Shown here piece by piece: positions 29,601 through 40,878 of a stretch of DNA of 64,000 nucleotides. Position 1 is the first letter of the stretch. Every line of letters starts with the position of its first letter. The notes beneath the pieces are model-generated. The model was not told where the DNA came from. It saw only the letters and a list, made by a program, of their open reading frames with translations, and searched no databases. The DNA is from a bacterium. GTDB lineage: Bacteria; Patescibacteriota; Minisyncoccia; Phycocordibacterales; JAKAEA01. Position numbers and translations under genes: made by a program. The stretch spans positions 925 through 64,924 of the forward strand of contig JAJYGQ010000017.1 of assembly GCA_021785065.1 (NCBI GenBank), given 5' to 3'.

Positions 29601-31316
29601 TCTATTCCGTTAAGTCGCCAAGAAGAAGATATTTATCAAGTTCTTCTTGAAGAAGACGAACTCACGCCCACACAAAAACTTCAGATTCTTCGACAATTTC
29701 TTCTCAATCATCGCTTGCTAGACATCACCCCCGGTGTGCCAGAAGCAAAAATTGAAAAAACACAAGCAGAAATATCTAAAGCGTTCGAAACAAATAATAA
29801 AGTAATTTTGTTTGTGAATGATTATATTGAGGGTGTATTGAGGGGCGAAAATTCTGTCTTAAGTCAGCTTGCTCTGCCTCCGGGTGTAATAGTGCGAGCC
29901 ATTCATGGCAACACTTCTCCAGAAGAACGTCAGTCTATTCAAGAAGAACTCAACAATTCGTCCCAAAGACTGCTTTTGGCAGTAAGTGGTAATACTGCTG
30001 ATGTGGGAGTTGATTATTCAGGCGCTGAAAGAGTTTTCTTTTATAATGAACCGTGGACAAAAGCAGCCTATGAGCAACAGCTTGCACGTGTATATCGGCC
30101 GGGCGTCACTAAAGATATTCAAGCTGACATTTTTGTTACAGAAGGCACGCTTGAACAAGGTATACATCACTACGTTGAAGTAAAAAATAAAGCAATAGAA
30201 AAGTTGCTTAAAGGCATTCCTATTACCGAGCTGGAAGCAGAGCTGCTGAAAGCTAGTGAAAGAGGTGATAATACAGATCTGGATGTTAATCCTGAATTGG
30301 CCCAGTATTATTTTTCTTCTTTTGATAAGCTCAATAGGATTTTTGCCTCAGTGAAGGAAATAGGTGAAAAGAATTTTACGGAATTCCTGCAGCGACATGG
30401 TGAAGAGTATGCGGAATGCTACCTTAACCTGGGTAGCCGAAGTTATCAGTCGAACGCAAGTCGAGTATCCGCAACAGTCATCAGTGCTCTTGGGCGACAA
30501 GATGGAATTGAAAATCCTAAAATTCTGGATATTGCCTCAGGTCCTGAAATGCTCAAGAAACATTCGGGCGAAGGTTTACAGAAAAACATAACGAGTCTGG
30601 ACATTAATCCCGCACACTTCAAAGATTCAGAGGAAGGCACGACGGTAGTGGGCAGTTTTACTAAAATGCCTTTTCCGGATGGTAGTTTTGATTATACAAA
30701 CCTGTCTTTGGCATTACAATATACAAAGTTTGTACCCAGTCGAGGTGAATATGAACGTATCCGGGTTCTCAAGGAGGCGGCCAGGGTGTTAAAAACGGGT
30801 GGCAAACTGGTTCTAAACATGCCGTACTCGTTAGACTTTAAGAATTATCAAAAATTTAAAGAATTTAGTGAATTATTTGGTTTACGAGTCGTGGACGAAT
30901 ATTCAGATGAAGTACAGGTAGGTAATTCCTATCATTCTCGTGTAATAACTCTTCAGAAAGTCGAAGGCATTGATCAGAGTATTGACGAAATCATCAGGAA
31001 TATGTTTCGTGAAGACTGGGATGGTCTTAAACTTGTTCCGAAAGAAGCGCGTCTTAAGGATTCTCGTAAAATTATCTCTCAATTTAAGATAAGTAATAAA
31101 CAGCTCGATATTTCTTTTAACGAACAGGACAAAAAAATTATTGCTGAAGAAAGAGATGCTCTTGAGAAGGCTGCCGACCTCAAAGAAAAATATGGGGCAA
31201 TAGATCGCATTGATGGAGGGCAGATTCAGGAACATGGTTTTGTCCGGCTTAAGCTGGACAAGAAATACATTCTATTTAAGAAACTTTCTGATGGTAGCGT
31301 AGTGATTGTAAAATAG
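26685..31316 (+). CDS. multidomain protein: 7x wHTH-like repeats + SNF2-family helicase/ATPase + class I SAM methyltransferase
   Basis: DEMGVGKS, DEVH, SGTP..N, QQLARVYRPG; C-terminal ILDIASGP...MPFPDGSFD...RVLKTGG; N-terminal 70-80 aa repeats. Confidence 0.85.
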   Translation: MESPEKPSSADNLKDEVSQVEQDKEIDKKSLELSPTSGQLIGKEVIKHEYARADWKNRRELSDTFRTGTDVIDRLVQEYLDLHPEAKSEDIETAKKKETGFVTVYYSPKVQSYLEEKLRVSLPPSNWVPFPILVEKLGISAPTVVKLVNAYSKDFPKIAQTETGTYKEEKGHRRLFYSPLFAELLKKEFDKYPAAPQNWKTQMQMASEEGVDFARLDKFLKEYSMQHSQEEHKGMFRNGRNQVYEHYSPQVAAYIHQELQRYEDTPEGWINRNKLAKRLNVVDATVQRIIDSYLATHPNSKDVKKAKSDRGLVLNVFSPVIQEYVAATLAASLESRNKEKEPEPSAPEDWKMVSDIASELKVSRDIVTKTIKEYFQTHSEEGSKKKYPATTSWKTGSIVTRPVVHYSPAVVDYCRTVIEGLKSNMAQEGWLTVSDLQEVLGISWTTINSLIKKYQTQSTDPQLPKRRRNPRGKMWKYYPPVVVEWLKNEVAKHPRAPKDWKILGELSEQFSVSQDTLRRLVERQAALNPDSVVIKELRNDRGVVCTFYSPETILQLKQSLEQHTKGKSELENKLTGLLANPEKEEGRKFREMLGLFGPSNFLDILYVLHPEFRDLPVDHVKGKLTEYLGNYLLTAIPFSVDALEKNLPSLKQENLRRGLAEVIKGDCLNFYLLEKKQSPLRDDLEIFQLYFDDLTSRTANNQNLDLNQVVAEVREYYQSVTGSWVKPTRIIESLSADRPFPDIYQQINRQEIKDKKRLLIADEMGVGKSASVILAKESLGVKTALAVVPSNVVATWEKYLSDTVGDDGRQLGYFKPGQAPRVLTIRSSDDLMRLNDGYDYILISQERLNDANAEELQKLDYGMLIVDEVHKLKNVRDGKRANHLLNLAEKIEGDDKYLVMLSGTPVPNKVEDVAMLLKLLHPDRFAQEDSKRLVSAILNGSIVNIRSLLIPHMQMKGLAEHVEMPNLTEATISIPLSRQEEDIYQVLLEEDELTPTQKLQILRQFLLNHRLLDITPGVPEAKIEKTQAEISKAFETNNKVILFVNDYIEGVLRGENSVLSQLALPPGVIVRAIHGNTSPEERQSIQEELNNSSQRLLLAVSGNTADVGVDYSGAERVFFYNEPWTKAAYEQQLARVYRPGVTKDIQADIFVTEGTLEQGIHHYVEVKNKAIEKLLKGIPITELEAELLKASERGDNTDLDVNPELAQYYFSSFDKLNRIFASVKEIGEKNFTEFLQRHGEEYAECYLNLGSRSYQSNASRVSATVISALGRQDGIENPKILDIASGPEMLKKHSGEGLQKNITSLDINPAHFKDSEEGTTVVGSFTKMPFPDGSFDYTNLSLALQYTKFVPSRGEYERIRVLKEAARVLKTGGKLVLNMPYSLDFKNYQKFKEFSELFGLRVVDEYSDEVQVGNSYHSRVITLQKVEGIDQSIDEIIRNMFREDWDGLKLVPKEARLKDSRKIISQFKISNKQLDISFNEQDKKIIAEERDALEKAADLKEKYGAIDRIDGGQIQEHGFVRLKLDKKYILFKKLSDGSVVIVK

Positions 31317-31375
31317 ATCGGCTCAGTTTTGTAACTAATGTTTTTTTGTTATAATCTCTCCAATTCCGTTCTAAT

Positions 31376-31420
31376 ACTGTCGTACACGGCCCGCCAACTC
31401 GTGCGTAGCACGAAAGGCGT
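31376..31420. repeat. 45-nt structured direct repeat, copy 2
   Basis: ACTGTCGTACACGGCCCGCCAACTCGTGCGTAGCACGAAAGGCGT. Confidence 0.9.
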
Positions 31421-31592
31421 TTGGTTAGTTAGCGCAGATGTTGAACGTCACACTTATAGCAAGTCTATTTGCATAGTGAAATTAAGTCGTTATTGTAGGA
31501 TTTATTAGGCTATTTTTTCCTATTTGTATAGGTGTTATAAAGTTTCTACGCCACTGTCATTATGAGTGTGTGGGGTAATTTTATTAAGAATT

Positions 31593-31907
31593 ATGTTTAA
31601 AAAAGCCTTATTTTTAATAGCTGTAGCAGGTTTGGTAGCGGGTACTTTTGCTGTACCTGCGGGACATATTTTAGCGTGGGGTTATTATGGTGGTTATCAA
31701 AATTATAATGGCTACCATTACTATAATGGCTACCATTATTACGGCGGCTATTACTATACGCCAATGTATTATACGTATCCATCTTGTTCGTGGAATTGTT
31801 CTTCATCCTACAATCACTACTACAATTACAACTATAACTATAACCACTACTACAACTACAACAATCATTACAATTATAACTACAACTACAATCACACGTA
31901 CTGGTAG
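31593..31907 (+). CDS. small secreted Tyr/Asn/His-rich low-complexity protein
   Basis: Signal peptide MFKKALFLIAV...; YNGYHY and (YN)n repeats. Confidence 0.65.
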   Translation: MFKKALFLIAVAGLVAGTFAVPAGHILAWGYYGGYQNYNGYHYYNGYHYYGGYYYTPMYYTYPSCSWNCSSSYNHYYNYNYNYNHYYNYNNHYNYNYNYNHTYW

Positions 31908-31964
31908 TGTGGTAAAAGTAGTAAAAACTGATAGTAAAAAAATTAAACAGTCTCTAAAAAGTTT

Positions 31965-32660
31965 TTAATCAAGATTTTTTATCGCTGCTTCCATATTGCT
32001 CAGGTTAGCAAACGGCGGATAGACGACGCCGTTGACGATGAGGAAGGGCGGTGTGGTGGTGGCGGGAATAGGGGGAAGCGCGATAAGACTTTGCACGGCT
32101 ACCCAATCGTCATTGTAATTAAAGGAGTAAATGTGAGCGCCGGGATACTGCTGCTTGATGGCTTGCAAAATGTAACCCTGACCGACGCATTGGGCGCAGG
32201 TGCCGGTGGGATAGAAATATAAAATAAATGGACGCGTCGTGCTGTTGGGGATTTTGCAGTGATGGGTGATGGTCTGTTCTAAATTGTAATCTTTAATTTC
32301 CATGAGCGAATAATAGCGCTCGAGGCGGAAGAGATCGGGATTATCGGGGCCGAGCTGGCCTTGTAAAAAGGAGAGTTTACTCTGCAGATCATTGAGGCTA
32401 GCGGCGATGCTTGCAGCAGTCGTGGTGGCTGATGCGCCGGCGCTGGTGGTGGACGCGCAGAGTGAGGCGTTGAGATTGGCGGTCAAGATATCGGTTCGTG
32501 CTTGCAATGCGAGAATTTGGGTGGCAATGGCGTCCTCCTCGTTTTTGACCGCGGCAGTTTTTTGGATATTGATGTAGGTGCTGATGAGCCACGCGCCAGC
32601 AAAAATCACAATAGTGATAATGAGTGCAGCGATATAGAGTTTAATGGGGATACGTTTCAT
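31965..32660 (-). CDS. membrane-anchored protein with thioredoxin-like CxxC domain
   Basis: N-terminal TM, coiled coil, ILYFY...CAQC..QG.IL, TPP.LIVNG. Confidence 0.6.
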   Translation of the reverse strand: MKRIPIKLYIAALIITIVIFAGAWLISTYINIQKTAAVKNEEDAIATQILALQARTDILTANLNASLCASTTSAGASATTTAASIAASLNDLQSKLSFLQGQLGPDNPDLFRLERYYSLMEIKDYNLEQTITHHCKIPNSTTRPFILYFYPTGTCAQCVGQGYILQAIKQQYPGAHIYSFNYNDDWVAVQSLIALPPIPATTTPPFLIVNGVVYPPFANLSNMEAAIKNLD

Positions 32661-32681
32661 TTCGTGCTGTGTGCATGCTAG

Positions 32682-34001
32682 CTAGAGCGCGGTGCGAGAG
32701 GTGGATGGGGCCACGGCTCGCTCACGTTGCCAGCTGGGGGTGCGAGAGCGAGCGGCGTTGTAGACAGATTTTATGAGCCAAAACGGTGCCATAAGGGGAA
32801 AGGTGAAAAAGTATAGGAAGATCGAAGGCGAGAAGCGCGAACGCTCACCGGAAAGAGCGTGCGCCTCAATGACGATGCCAATCATAAGTGCATAAATTAA
32901 AACAGTGAGGAGGAGATATGCGGGAGTGCTGACAAAAAACCAATTCCAGTGCCACGGAGAAAAGGTGAAGCCAATTGTTTCTAGACGCACTGACCACTGC
33001 CACACCATAACGCCGAAACGATAGAGTAATAGTGCGACAGAAATAACCGCGCTCAAGATGAGTGCCAAGCCAAGCGGCGCGGTAAACATCGCCATGTTGC
33101 CATAGCGCGGGCGCAATAAAATCCAGTGATAGTCGCGCAAATTCATGAGGAAACCCGAGGTCCAGCGAACGCGCTGCTTGTATAATTTCTTCACTGTGTC
33201 GGGGCCGGTGGTGTATACAACGGCGTCGTGAGCGTTTTCAATGTGCAGGTGTTTCGACTGAATGCGGAAGGCCATCTCCATATCCTCGGTATTGTGCGCG
33301 TGACGAAAGAGGCCGATGTGGGTAAAAAGGTCGCGGCGAAAAAGGGAAAACGGCCCAGGCGTCACGTAAATAGCGCCAATGAGCGACTGCACTTTTCGGA
33401 TAAAAATACCGATAAGATATTCAACGCGCTGCACAACCTGAGCGAACGTGCGTGGACGATAAATCTTCATAGCCGGTGTGACCGCGGCGGTCATATGTGG
33501 GCGGGTGCCTAAAGACGTTTGCCAATCGCCAAAATAGGGAATCATTCGCTTGAGCGCATTTGGTTCAACAAATGAATCAGCGTCGAGGCAGCCGATGATG
33601 TCGGTGGTGGTGTGTTGGATGGCGTAATTGAGAGCGGTGTATTTGCCGCCATTTTCTTTTCGGTGAGCGGCGACGATGCCGGGGTAACGTTCTTGATATT
33701 TTTGAATTACCTGCCAGGTGTTGTCTTGTGAACCATCATCGATAACGCTCACGCGTAATTTTCCGGCAGGGTATTCTAGTCGCAAGAGCGATTCAATAGT
33801 TTTACCAACAGTCGCTTCTTCGTTGTAACAGGGCACGGCGATAGTAACTGACGGGTAGCTGCGTTCGTCTGCAGCAGCATGCGCGCGAGTGCGCGCCCGG
33901 ATTTTTCGGCGATTGACGAGATACGTGCCCAAAATAAACGTTTGAAAATAAAGGCCGACAAAGAGAAACACATAAAGAATAACGGTCTGCACGGTGTTCA
34001 T
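32682..34001 (-). CDS. processive GT2 glycosyltransferase (PgaC/IcaA-like)
   Basis: PCYNEE, DDGS, DAD, TED, QRVRW; flanking TM helices. Confidence 0.9.
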   Translation of the reverse strand: MNTVQTVILYVFLFVGLYFQTFILGTYLVNRRKIRARTRAHAAADERSYPSVTIAVPCYNEEATVGKTIESLLRLEYPAGKLRVSVIDDGSQDNTWQVIQKYQERYPGIVAAHRKENGGKYTALNYAIQHTTTDIIGCLDADSFVEPNALKRMIPYFGDWQTSLGTRPHMTAAVTPAMKIYRPRTFAQVVQRVEYLIGIFIRKVQSLIGAIYVTPGPFSLFRRDLFTHIGLFRHAHNTEDMEMAFRIQSKHLHIENAHDAVVYTTGPDTVKKLYKQRVRWTSGFLMNLRDYHWILLRPRYGNMAMFTAPLGLALILSAVISVALLLYRFGVMVWQWSVRLETIGFTFSPWHWNWFFVSTPAYLLLTVLIYALMIGIVIEAHALSGERSRFSPSIFLYFFTFPLMAPFWLIKSVYNAARSRTPSWQRERAVAPSTSRTAL

Positions 34002-34057
34002 AAAGGTGCTTTTTAGTATAGCAAAATAAGGCATTTTGGGCTATAATCAGCCGTACT

Positions 34058-35197
34058 ATGAAAAATATCGTTATTAATGACCCGGAGGAACAGGCACTTA
34101 TTGCGGCATTGGAAAAACGCAGCGATGTGAAGGCTGAGAGAATCAAGCGACTGCTCCGTCTTCCTGATTTGACCAAAAAAGAACATTCGCCAGTAAAAAT
34201 TTTGTTTGATCAAATCAAAGCGTTACCGCGATTTAAAGATTTTGATCTAGTAGATTTTCCAAGGATTGTGACCGTTGAGCAAAATTTTGATCTTTTGAAT
34301 GCGCCGGCGGATCATCCAAGTCGGCGAGAAACGGATACGTATTATGTTGATCAAAATCATGTGTTGCGAACGCAAGCGACGGTGATGTGGTCATTTTATT
34401 TGAAAGATAAGGAAATTCTTGAGAAGTTGGAAAGGGAAGGCGAAATAAAAGCTCTCTCAACTGGTATTGTGTTTCGAAAAGATGAAATTGACCGAAATCA
34501 CTATCCAGCATTTCATCAAATAGACGGCCTCTATGTGTGCAAGCGATCGAAAAAAACCATTACCCAAAAAGATTTAGAGGATGTGCAGGTTGATTTAGCA
34601 AAAAGTATTTTCGGCACCGATATCGAATATCAATTTTTGACGGACACCTTTCCCTTTACTGATCCGTCCGTTGAAATGGATATAAAATTCAACGGCGATT
34701 GGCTTGAGGTCAACGGCGCTGGCTTGGTGCACCCTCAAGTTTTGAGAAATTTTGGACTTGATCCCGAGATGTATAACGGCTGGGCGTTCGGTTTCGGTGA
34801 CCGACTGGCAATGATCAAGATGGGTATTCCCGACATTAGAATTTTATGGTCGGACGACCCACGCATCACGAGTCAATTCAAAGATATCAACAGCACGTTC
34901 AAAGAGGTGAGTAAATATCCGGCGGTGGTCCGCGATATCTCTTTTGTGATTGACGCGAGCATTAGCTTGAATAATTACTATGAAATTGTGCGTGACATTG
35001 CTGGTAATTTAATAGAGGAAGTGCAACTCATTGATACCTTTAAAAATGAGCAGAAATTTGGAGCGGGTAAAGTGTCGTATACATTTCGTATAGTGTACCG
35101 CTCGTTGGAGCGGACGCTTACTAACAGCGAAGTGAACGATATTCACGAGGGAATTAGAAAGAAAACTGAGCAGGAATTCAAGGCGATCTTGCGCTAA
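34058..35197 (+). CDS. pheS: phenylalanine-tRNA ligase, single-chain type (alpha catalytic domain fused to FDX-ACB)
   Basis: NFD.L..PADHPSR, FRKDEID..H...FHQ.DG, FPFTDPS, GWAFG; C-terminal RDISF...YRSLERTLT..EVN. Confidence 0.9.
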   Translation: MKNIVINDPEEQALIAALEKRSDVKAERIKRLLRLPDLTKKEHSPVKILFDQIKALPRFKDFDLVDFPRIVTVEQNFDLLNAPADHPSRRETDTYYVDQNHVLRTQATVMWSFYLKDKEILEKLEREGEIKALSTGIVFRKDEIDRNHYPAFHQIDGLYVCKRSKKTITQKDLEDVQVDLAKSIFGTDIEYQFLTDTFPFTDPSVEMDIKFNGDWLEVNGAGLVHPQVLRNFGLDPEMYNGWAFGFGDRLAMIKMGIPDIRILWSDDPRITSQFKDINSTFKEVSKYPAVVRDISFVIDASISLNNYYEIVRDIAGNLIEEVQLIDTFKNEQKFGAGKVSYTFRIVYRSLERTLTNSEVNDIHEGIRKKTEQEFKAILR

Positions 35198-35285
35198 AAT
35201 CTCTGTCTTTTCTAGGTCCTTTGTGCTAGAATATAAGCTATAAAAGCGCTTGCTTCGGCGAGCGCTCGATAATTTCTTAATCTAA

Positions 35286-37992
<2,707 letters not shown>

Positions 37993-38073
37993 TTGACAAT
38001 TATTTTACATATGGTACAATAAGTCCGACAGTTAAAGATCGGGTATTTTAGGAGTTTAATTTTAAAAACTACC

Positions 38074-39012
38074 ATGACTAAAAAATTCATATTTATGGCC
38101 GTTTCTTTGAGCCTTGTAGTGGGTGGTAGTTTCGCTATAGCTTCTCATAAAGTATCTGCAGACGGTTGGTATAATGGTGGAAACTATAATTGTGGTTGTG
38201 ATAACCCTGTGCCGCCAATAGTATATGCTCCACCGCCTATCTATGTTCCTCCTCCAGTTTATACGCCTATTCCTGTGGCCTATGCTCCTACTCCTGTGTA
38301 TGCTCCACCGCCAACCTATACACCACCTCCAACCTACACACCTCCGCCGACCTACACTCCTCCTCCTGTAGTGTATGCTCCTGCTCCGATATACACACCT
38401 CCGCCAGTAGTGCAGGTTGTGCAAACGGCTCCGCTGCAAGTTGTCTGTCAGGCGATCCCAGCAGTTGCGCCAATTGGTTCAACGATTACGTGGCGAGCGT
38501 ATGTGTCAGGTGGGTATGGGTACTACAATAATAATTACTCGGTGAGTTGGACGGGTACTGATGGTTTGTTAGCAAATTCTAGTACGCTTATTTCTAAGAC
38601 GTACATTACGCCCGGCCAAAAAGTAGCGACCGTCACGGTCTACCAAAATGGTCAGACTGTTACGGCAAGCTGTTCTAGCTATGTAACTGCTATTGCTCCG
38701 GCCGCGCCGATTTATACGACGCCTCCGACAGTGCCTCCGACCGGCAATCGCGTCTACCTCAATCAAGTGCCGTATACGGGTGCGGGTAGCGTTACTCGAG
38801 TTAGTCTCTTCTTGGCCTTCTTGGCGTTCTGGAGTATCTTAGTAGCCTGGATAGTTATGAAGCGTCGTCGGGCTGCGCGATTGGCTGCACTTGGTGTGGA
38901 AAATGCTCCTACTCCTCGCAGCGTGGTAGCGCCACTACAAACTTCTTCGGTGAGAATTTCAAGTGGAAACTTCCTCACCGATCACGTCAACCAGTTACGA
39001 CAAGCTCTATAA
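38074..39012 (+). CDS. Pro/Tyr-repeat surface protein, probable sortase substrate
   Basis: Signal peptide, (PPPTYT)n repeats, Ig-like domain, VPYTG + TM + KRRR. Confidence 0.75.
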   Translation: MTKKFIFMAVSLSLVVGGSFAIASHKVSADGWYNGGNYNCGCDNPVPPIVYAPPPIYVPPPVYTPIPVAYAPTPVYAPPPTYTPPPTYTPPPTYTPPPVVYAPAPIYTPPPVVQVVQTAPLQVVCQAIPAVAPIGSTITWRAYVSGGYGYYNNNYSVSWTGTDGLLANSSTLISKTYITPGQKVATVTVYQNGQTVTASCSSYVTAIAPAAPIYTTPPTVPPTGNRVYLNQVPYTGAGSVTRVSLFLAFLAFWSILVAWIVMKRRRAARLAALGVENAPTPRSVVAPLQTSSVRISSGNFLTDHVNQLRQAL

Positions 39013-39020
39013 AGTAATCT

Positions 39021-39054
39021 AAAAAAACAGACGCCCCGCGGCGTCTGTTTTTTT
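39021..39054. terminator. bidirectional terminator
   Basis: AAAAAAACAGACGCC-ccgc-GGCGTCTGTTTTTTT between convergent genes. Confidence 0.85.
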
Positions 39055-40813
39055 ATGTTCGATTTTTATTTTCCGTCGCAAGGCGCTCAATAATTTCTTT
39101 AACAGGCGAGCTACCGACTTGGCCGTGATCACGACTTTCAAGAGTAGCTTCTTGGGCGGCAATTTCTTTGTCACCCACAACAAGCCAATAAGGAATTTTT
39201 TCTACTTTTGCCGCGCGAATTTTTTTACCAAGTGATTCGTCGGAAAGGTCGAGCGTCGCACGAATTCCAGCCGCCTGCAGTTCGTCGTGAATTTTTTGCG
39301 CGAACGCTTGATGAGCTTGGCCGATGGGAAAAATGCGCGCTTGCACCGGCGAAAGCCAGAGTGGAAAGGCGCCGGCGGTGTGCTCAATGAGCGTGGCCAT
39401 AAAGCGCTCAATCGAACCCATAATAGCGCAGTGAATCATCACTACGTCGTCTTTCTTGCCCTCTTCGTTAATGTAGGTGAGGCCAAAATTTTGCGGCATA
39501 TTAAAGTCGAGCTGAATGGTAGCCACCTGTAAGGTGCGACCCAGAGAATCGGTGGCTATGAAGTCGATTTTTGGTCCATACATTGCCGCTTCACCTTTGC
39601 CGTCGATAAAATCAGTGACGCCGCGCTTTTTTATAAGGGCGGTAAGTTGAGCTTCAGCGTCTTGCCAAATTTCAGGAGTGCCAAGATGTTTTTCAAAATG
39701 TTCAGGGTCGTGGCGCGACAAGCGAATGTGTAGATTTTTAAAGTTGAGGGTGTGATAGAAGGTGTCGATAATATCCCAAATCGCAAACACTTCCTGCTCG
39801 ATCTGATTTTTTCGACAAAAAACATGGGCGTCGTCTTGGGTAATCGAGAGTACGCGCGACAAGCCGGACAGCTCACCAGATTGTTCATCGCGATAGACCA
39901 TAGTGGTTTCGCAATAACGCTGGGGCATATCGCGATAGCTGTGCGGGGCGGCGGCAAAAATCTGGGTATGGTGCGGACAGTTCATGGGCTTCAGGGCATA
40001 GAGCTTCTTTTCGCGGGTGGTGATTTTGAAAAGTTCCTCGCTGAATTTTTTCCAGTGACCCGAGGTTTCGTAGAGATCTTTTTTGGTGATGTGAGGAATC
40101 GTCACTTTCGTATAACCGCGGGCGCGGCGCAGTTCCCACACGTAATCATTCAAAAGTTCGCGGATGAGCGTGCCCTTGGGGGTCCACAGTGGCAGGCCTG
40201 GGCCAACGAGTGGGGAAAAAACAAAAAGGCCGAGTTCTTTACCGAGCTTTTTGTGATCTCGCTTTTCGGCTTCGGAACGCTCGGCGAGGTAGGCATCGAG
40301 CATTTTTTTATTTTCAAAAGCGAGGCCGTAGATGCGGGTGAGCATCGGATTTTTTTCATCACCGCGCCAATAGGCGCCAGCGATGCGGTCAAGAGTAAAG
40401 CTGTCAGCGGGAATATCGCGCGCGGGATTTTCACTGTGGCCACCGCGACAGAGGTCGGTAAAATTGCCGGCGGTGTAGAGGGTAATTTCTTCTTTTTTGC
40501 CGACAATCTCGTCAATTAATTCTAGTTTGAAAGGATTAGCCGAGAAATTTTTTTTCGCTTCTGCCTCGCTCACTTTCTTACCCCTAAACTCTTTCCAGGT
40601 TGGCAAAAGCTCGCGCATCTTTTTCTCAATCGCCGGTAAATCTTTATCAGAAATAGGGGCGCTGAATTTAAAATCGTAATAGAAGCCGGTGTCGATAGCA
40701 GGGCCAAGAGTGGGTTCTGCATCAGGATAGAGCTCAAGTACAGCCGCGGCAAGCAGGTGGGCAAGCGAATGGCGTTGGGGCTCGAGACCGCGAGAATTTT
40801 CGGCGTTTTTCAT
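39053..40813 (-). CDS. thrS: threonine-tRNA ligase
   Basis: RHSLAH, DLCRG.H, RDHKKLG, KPMNCP, IERF. Confidence 0.97.
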   Translation of the reverse strand: MKNAENSRGLEPQRHSLAHLLAAAVLELYPDAEPTLGPAIDTGFYYDFKFSAPISDKDLPAIEKKMRELLPTWKEFRGKKVSEAEAKKNFSANPFKLELIDEIVGKKEEITLYTAGNFTDLCRGGHSENPARDIPADSFTLDRIAGAYWRGDEKNPMLTRIYGLAFENKKMLDAYLAERSEAEKRDHKKLGKELGLFVFSPLVGPGLPLWTPKGTLIRELLNDYVWELRRARGYTKVTIPHITKKDLYETSGHWKKFSEELFKITTREKKLYALKPMNCPHHTQIFAAAPHSYRDMPQRYCETTMVYRDEQSGELSGLSRVLSITQDDAHVFCRKNQIEQEVFAIWDIIDTFYHTLNFKNLHIRLSRHDPEHFEKHLGTPEIWQDAEAQLTALIKKRGVTDFIDGKGEAAMYGPKIDFIATDSLGRTLQVATIQLDFNMPQNFGLTYINEEGKKDDVVMIHCAIMGSIERFMATLIEHTAGAFPLWLSPVQARIFPIGQAHQAFAQKIHDELQAAGIRATLDLSDESLGKKIRAAKVEKIPYWLVVGDKEIAAQEATLESRDHGQVGSSPVKEIIERLATENKNRT

Positions 40814-40878
40814 AAGATTAATTTCTAGAATTACTCTCCATCATAGCAGCTTTACTTGCGCTTTGAAAGTGTCGCGGT

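Noticed and set aside
31690-31900. Possible CRISPR or DNA tandem array
   Set aside because: Triplet repeats encoding Y/N/H; no repeat-spacer structure and no cas genes.
38220-38410. 18-nt tandem repeats
   Set aside because: Degenerate at third codon positions; explained by PPPTYT protein repeats.
39752-40519. 255-aa ORF
   Set aside because: Antisense to thrS; no independent signals.
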